Positions 63,309-64,000 of a stretch of DNA of 64,000 bases are shown in pieces. The stretch covers positions 1 through 64,000 of the forward strand of contig CBFFRP010000238.1 of assembly GCA_965644295.1 (NCBI GenBank). The letters are read 5' to 3'. Under the pieces are notes generated by a model. It did not search any database and was not told the origin of the DNA. It saw nothing but the letters and a program-made list of their open reading frames with translations. The position numbers and the translations under genes were made by a program. Numbering within the stretch: position 1 is the stretch's first letter; the number at the start of each line of letters is the position of its first letter. Origin of the DNA: Paraphysomonas bandaiensis (lineage: Eukaryota; Protista; Chrysophyceae).

Positions 63309-64000
63309 CTAATAATACCGCGGTACCCTCCATCCTTTCTTCATCTTACGAATACGCAAATGCTCTTCAGTTCTCTCCTCTATCGGGGGCAACTTCTGTC
63401 GTTCTCTGCAGTACTCGCTCTTTTCAGGCATTGACTGCGGAGGGTTCACGTCGAATCCGAGTCGCTTGATCTGCATAGTACATTATAGTGACAGTCATAT
63501 TTTGAACATGTATCTTACCATTTTGTCATTCAGGTTCCCTTTCATGTACAGAGCTTGACCAACAAGGCGGCGTATTTTCGTTATGTAATTCGAATCCTTT
63601 TCCAAACATTATTAGTACGATAAAATTATAAATCTCTCTACAGTACCCGCACACTGGGCTCGTCCAGGCCTAATAAATAATTATCAATGCCGCCTTCTGT
63701 GTCAATTCCACGTAACGCAGCAGTAGTCATTCGGAATCGAACCCAATCGTTTAATGCCTCACTCCAAACTTTCTTGTTGATTACATTGGGATACCTATAG
63801 AAAAATTACTACTAACATATTATATTAACATCTGAGGAGTTCAACCATTTTCTTTTTGTCTTCTTATGTGAGAAGGAAATGTAATTACCAGACATGATAT
63901 CTTTCCCATGATAGAGACCTGTATAACAATAGTCATATATATATATCATATATACTATGCATGTCATATACATGTGATATGGTACGTAAGGTATGTATGT
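63309..64000 (-). CDS. MRPL28: Mitochondrial ribosomal protein bL28m (first exon outside the window)
   Basis: Manual splicing gives GLYHGKDIMSGNYISFSHKKTKRKW|YPNVINKKVWSEALNDWVRFRMTTAALRGIDTEGGIDNYLL, the bL28 signature; stop at 63309-63311. Confidence 0.85.

Overview
Eukaryotic genomic DNA with short GT-AG introns and the standard code. It is probably from a stramenopile-type protist; this is inferred from the gene and TE style, not proven. The left ~42 kb is dominated by transposable elements. These include a near-complete Ty3/Gypsy LTR retrotransposon (1-9828, minus) whose pol carries a SET (lysine-methyltransferase) domain between RNase H and integrase, Copia and Gypsy remnants, and a Harbinger fragment. 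There is also an intact IS630/Tc1-like DD35E element with a second convergent ORF, a non-autonomous LTR element with TG...TA termini, a 395-bp tandem array and a degenerate Gypsy with a CCCH finger and an FDN RT motif. Host genes: CCDC130/YJU2B, organellar TypA/BipA, clathrin light chain, delta-COP, a Cas4/RecB-like nuclease-SF1 helicase fusion, RPL13, a two-repeat (2x6TM) BacNav/EukCat-like cation channel, an isolated 5S rRNA gene, DNA ligase IV and a partial mitochondrial bL28. The main candidate novel system is the SET-domain-carrying Gypsy retrotransposon. All comparisons were made by eye; no database searches were run.
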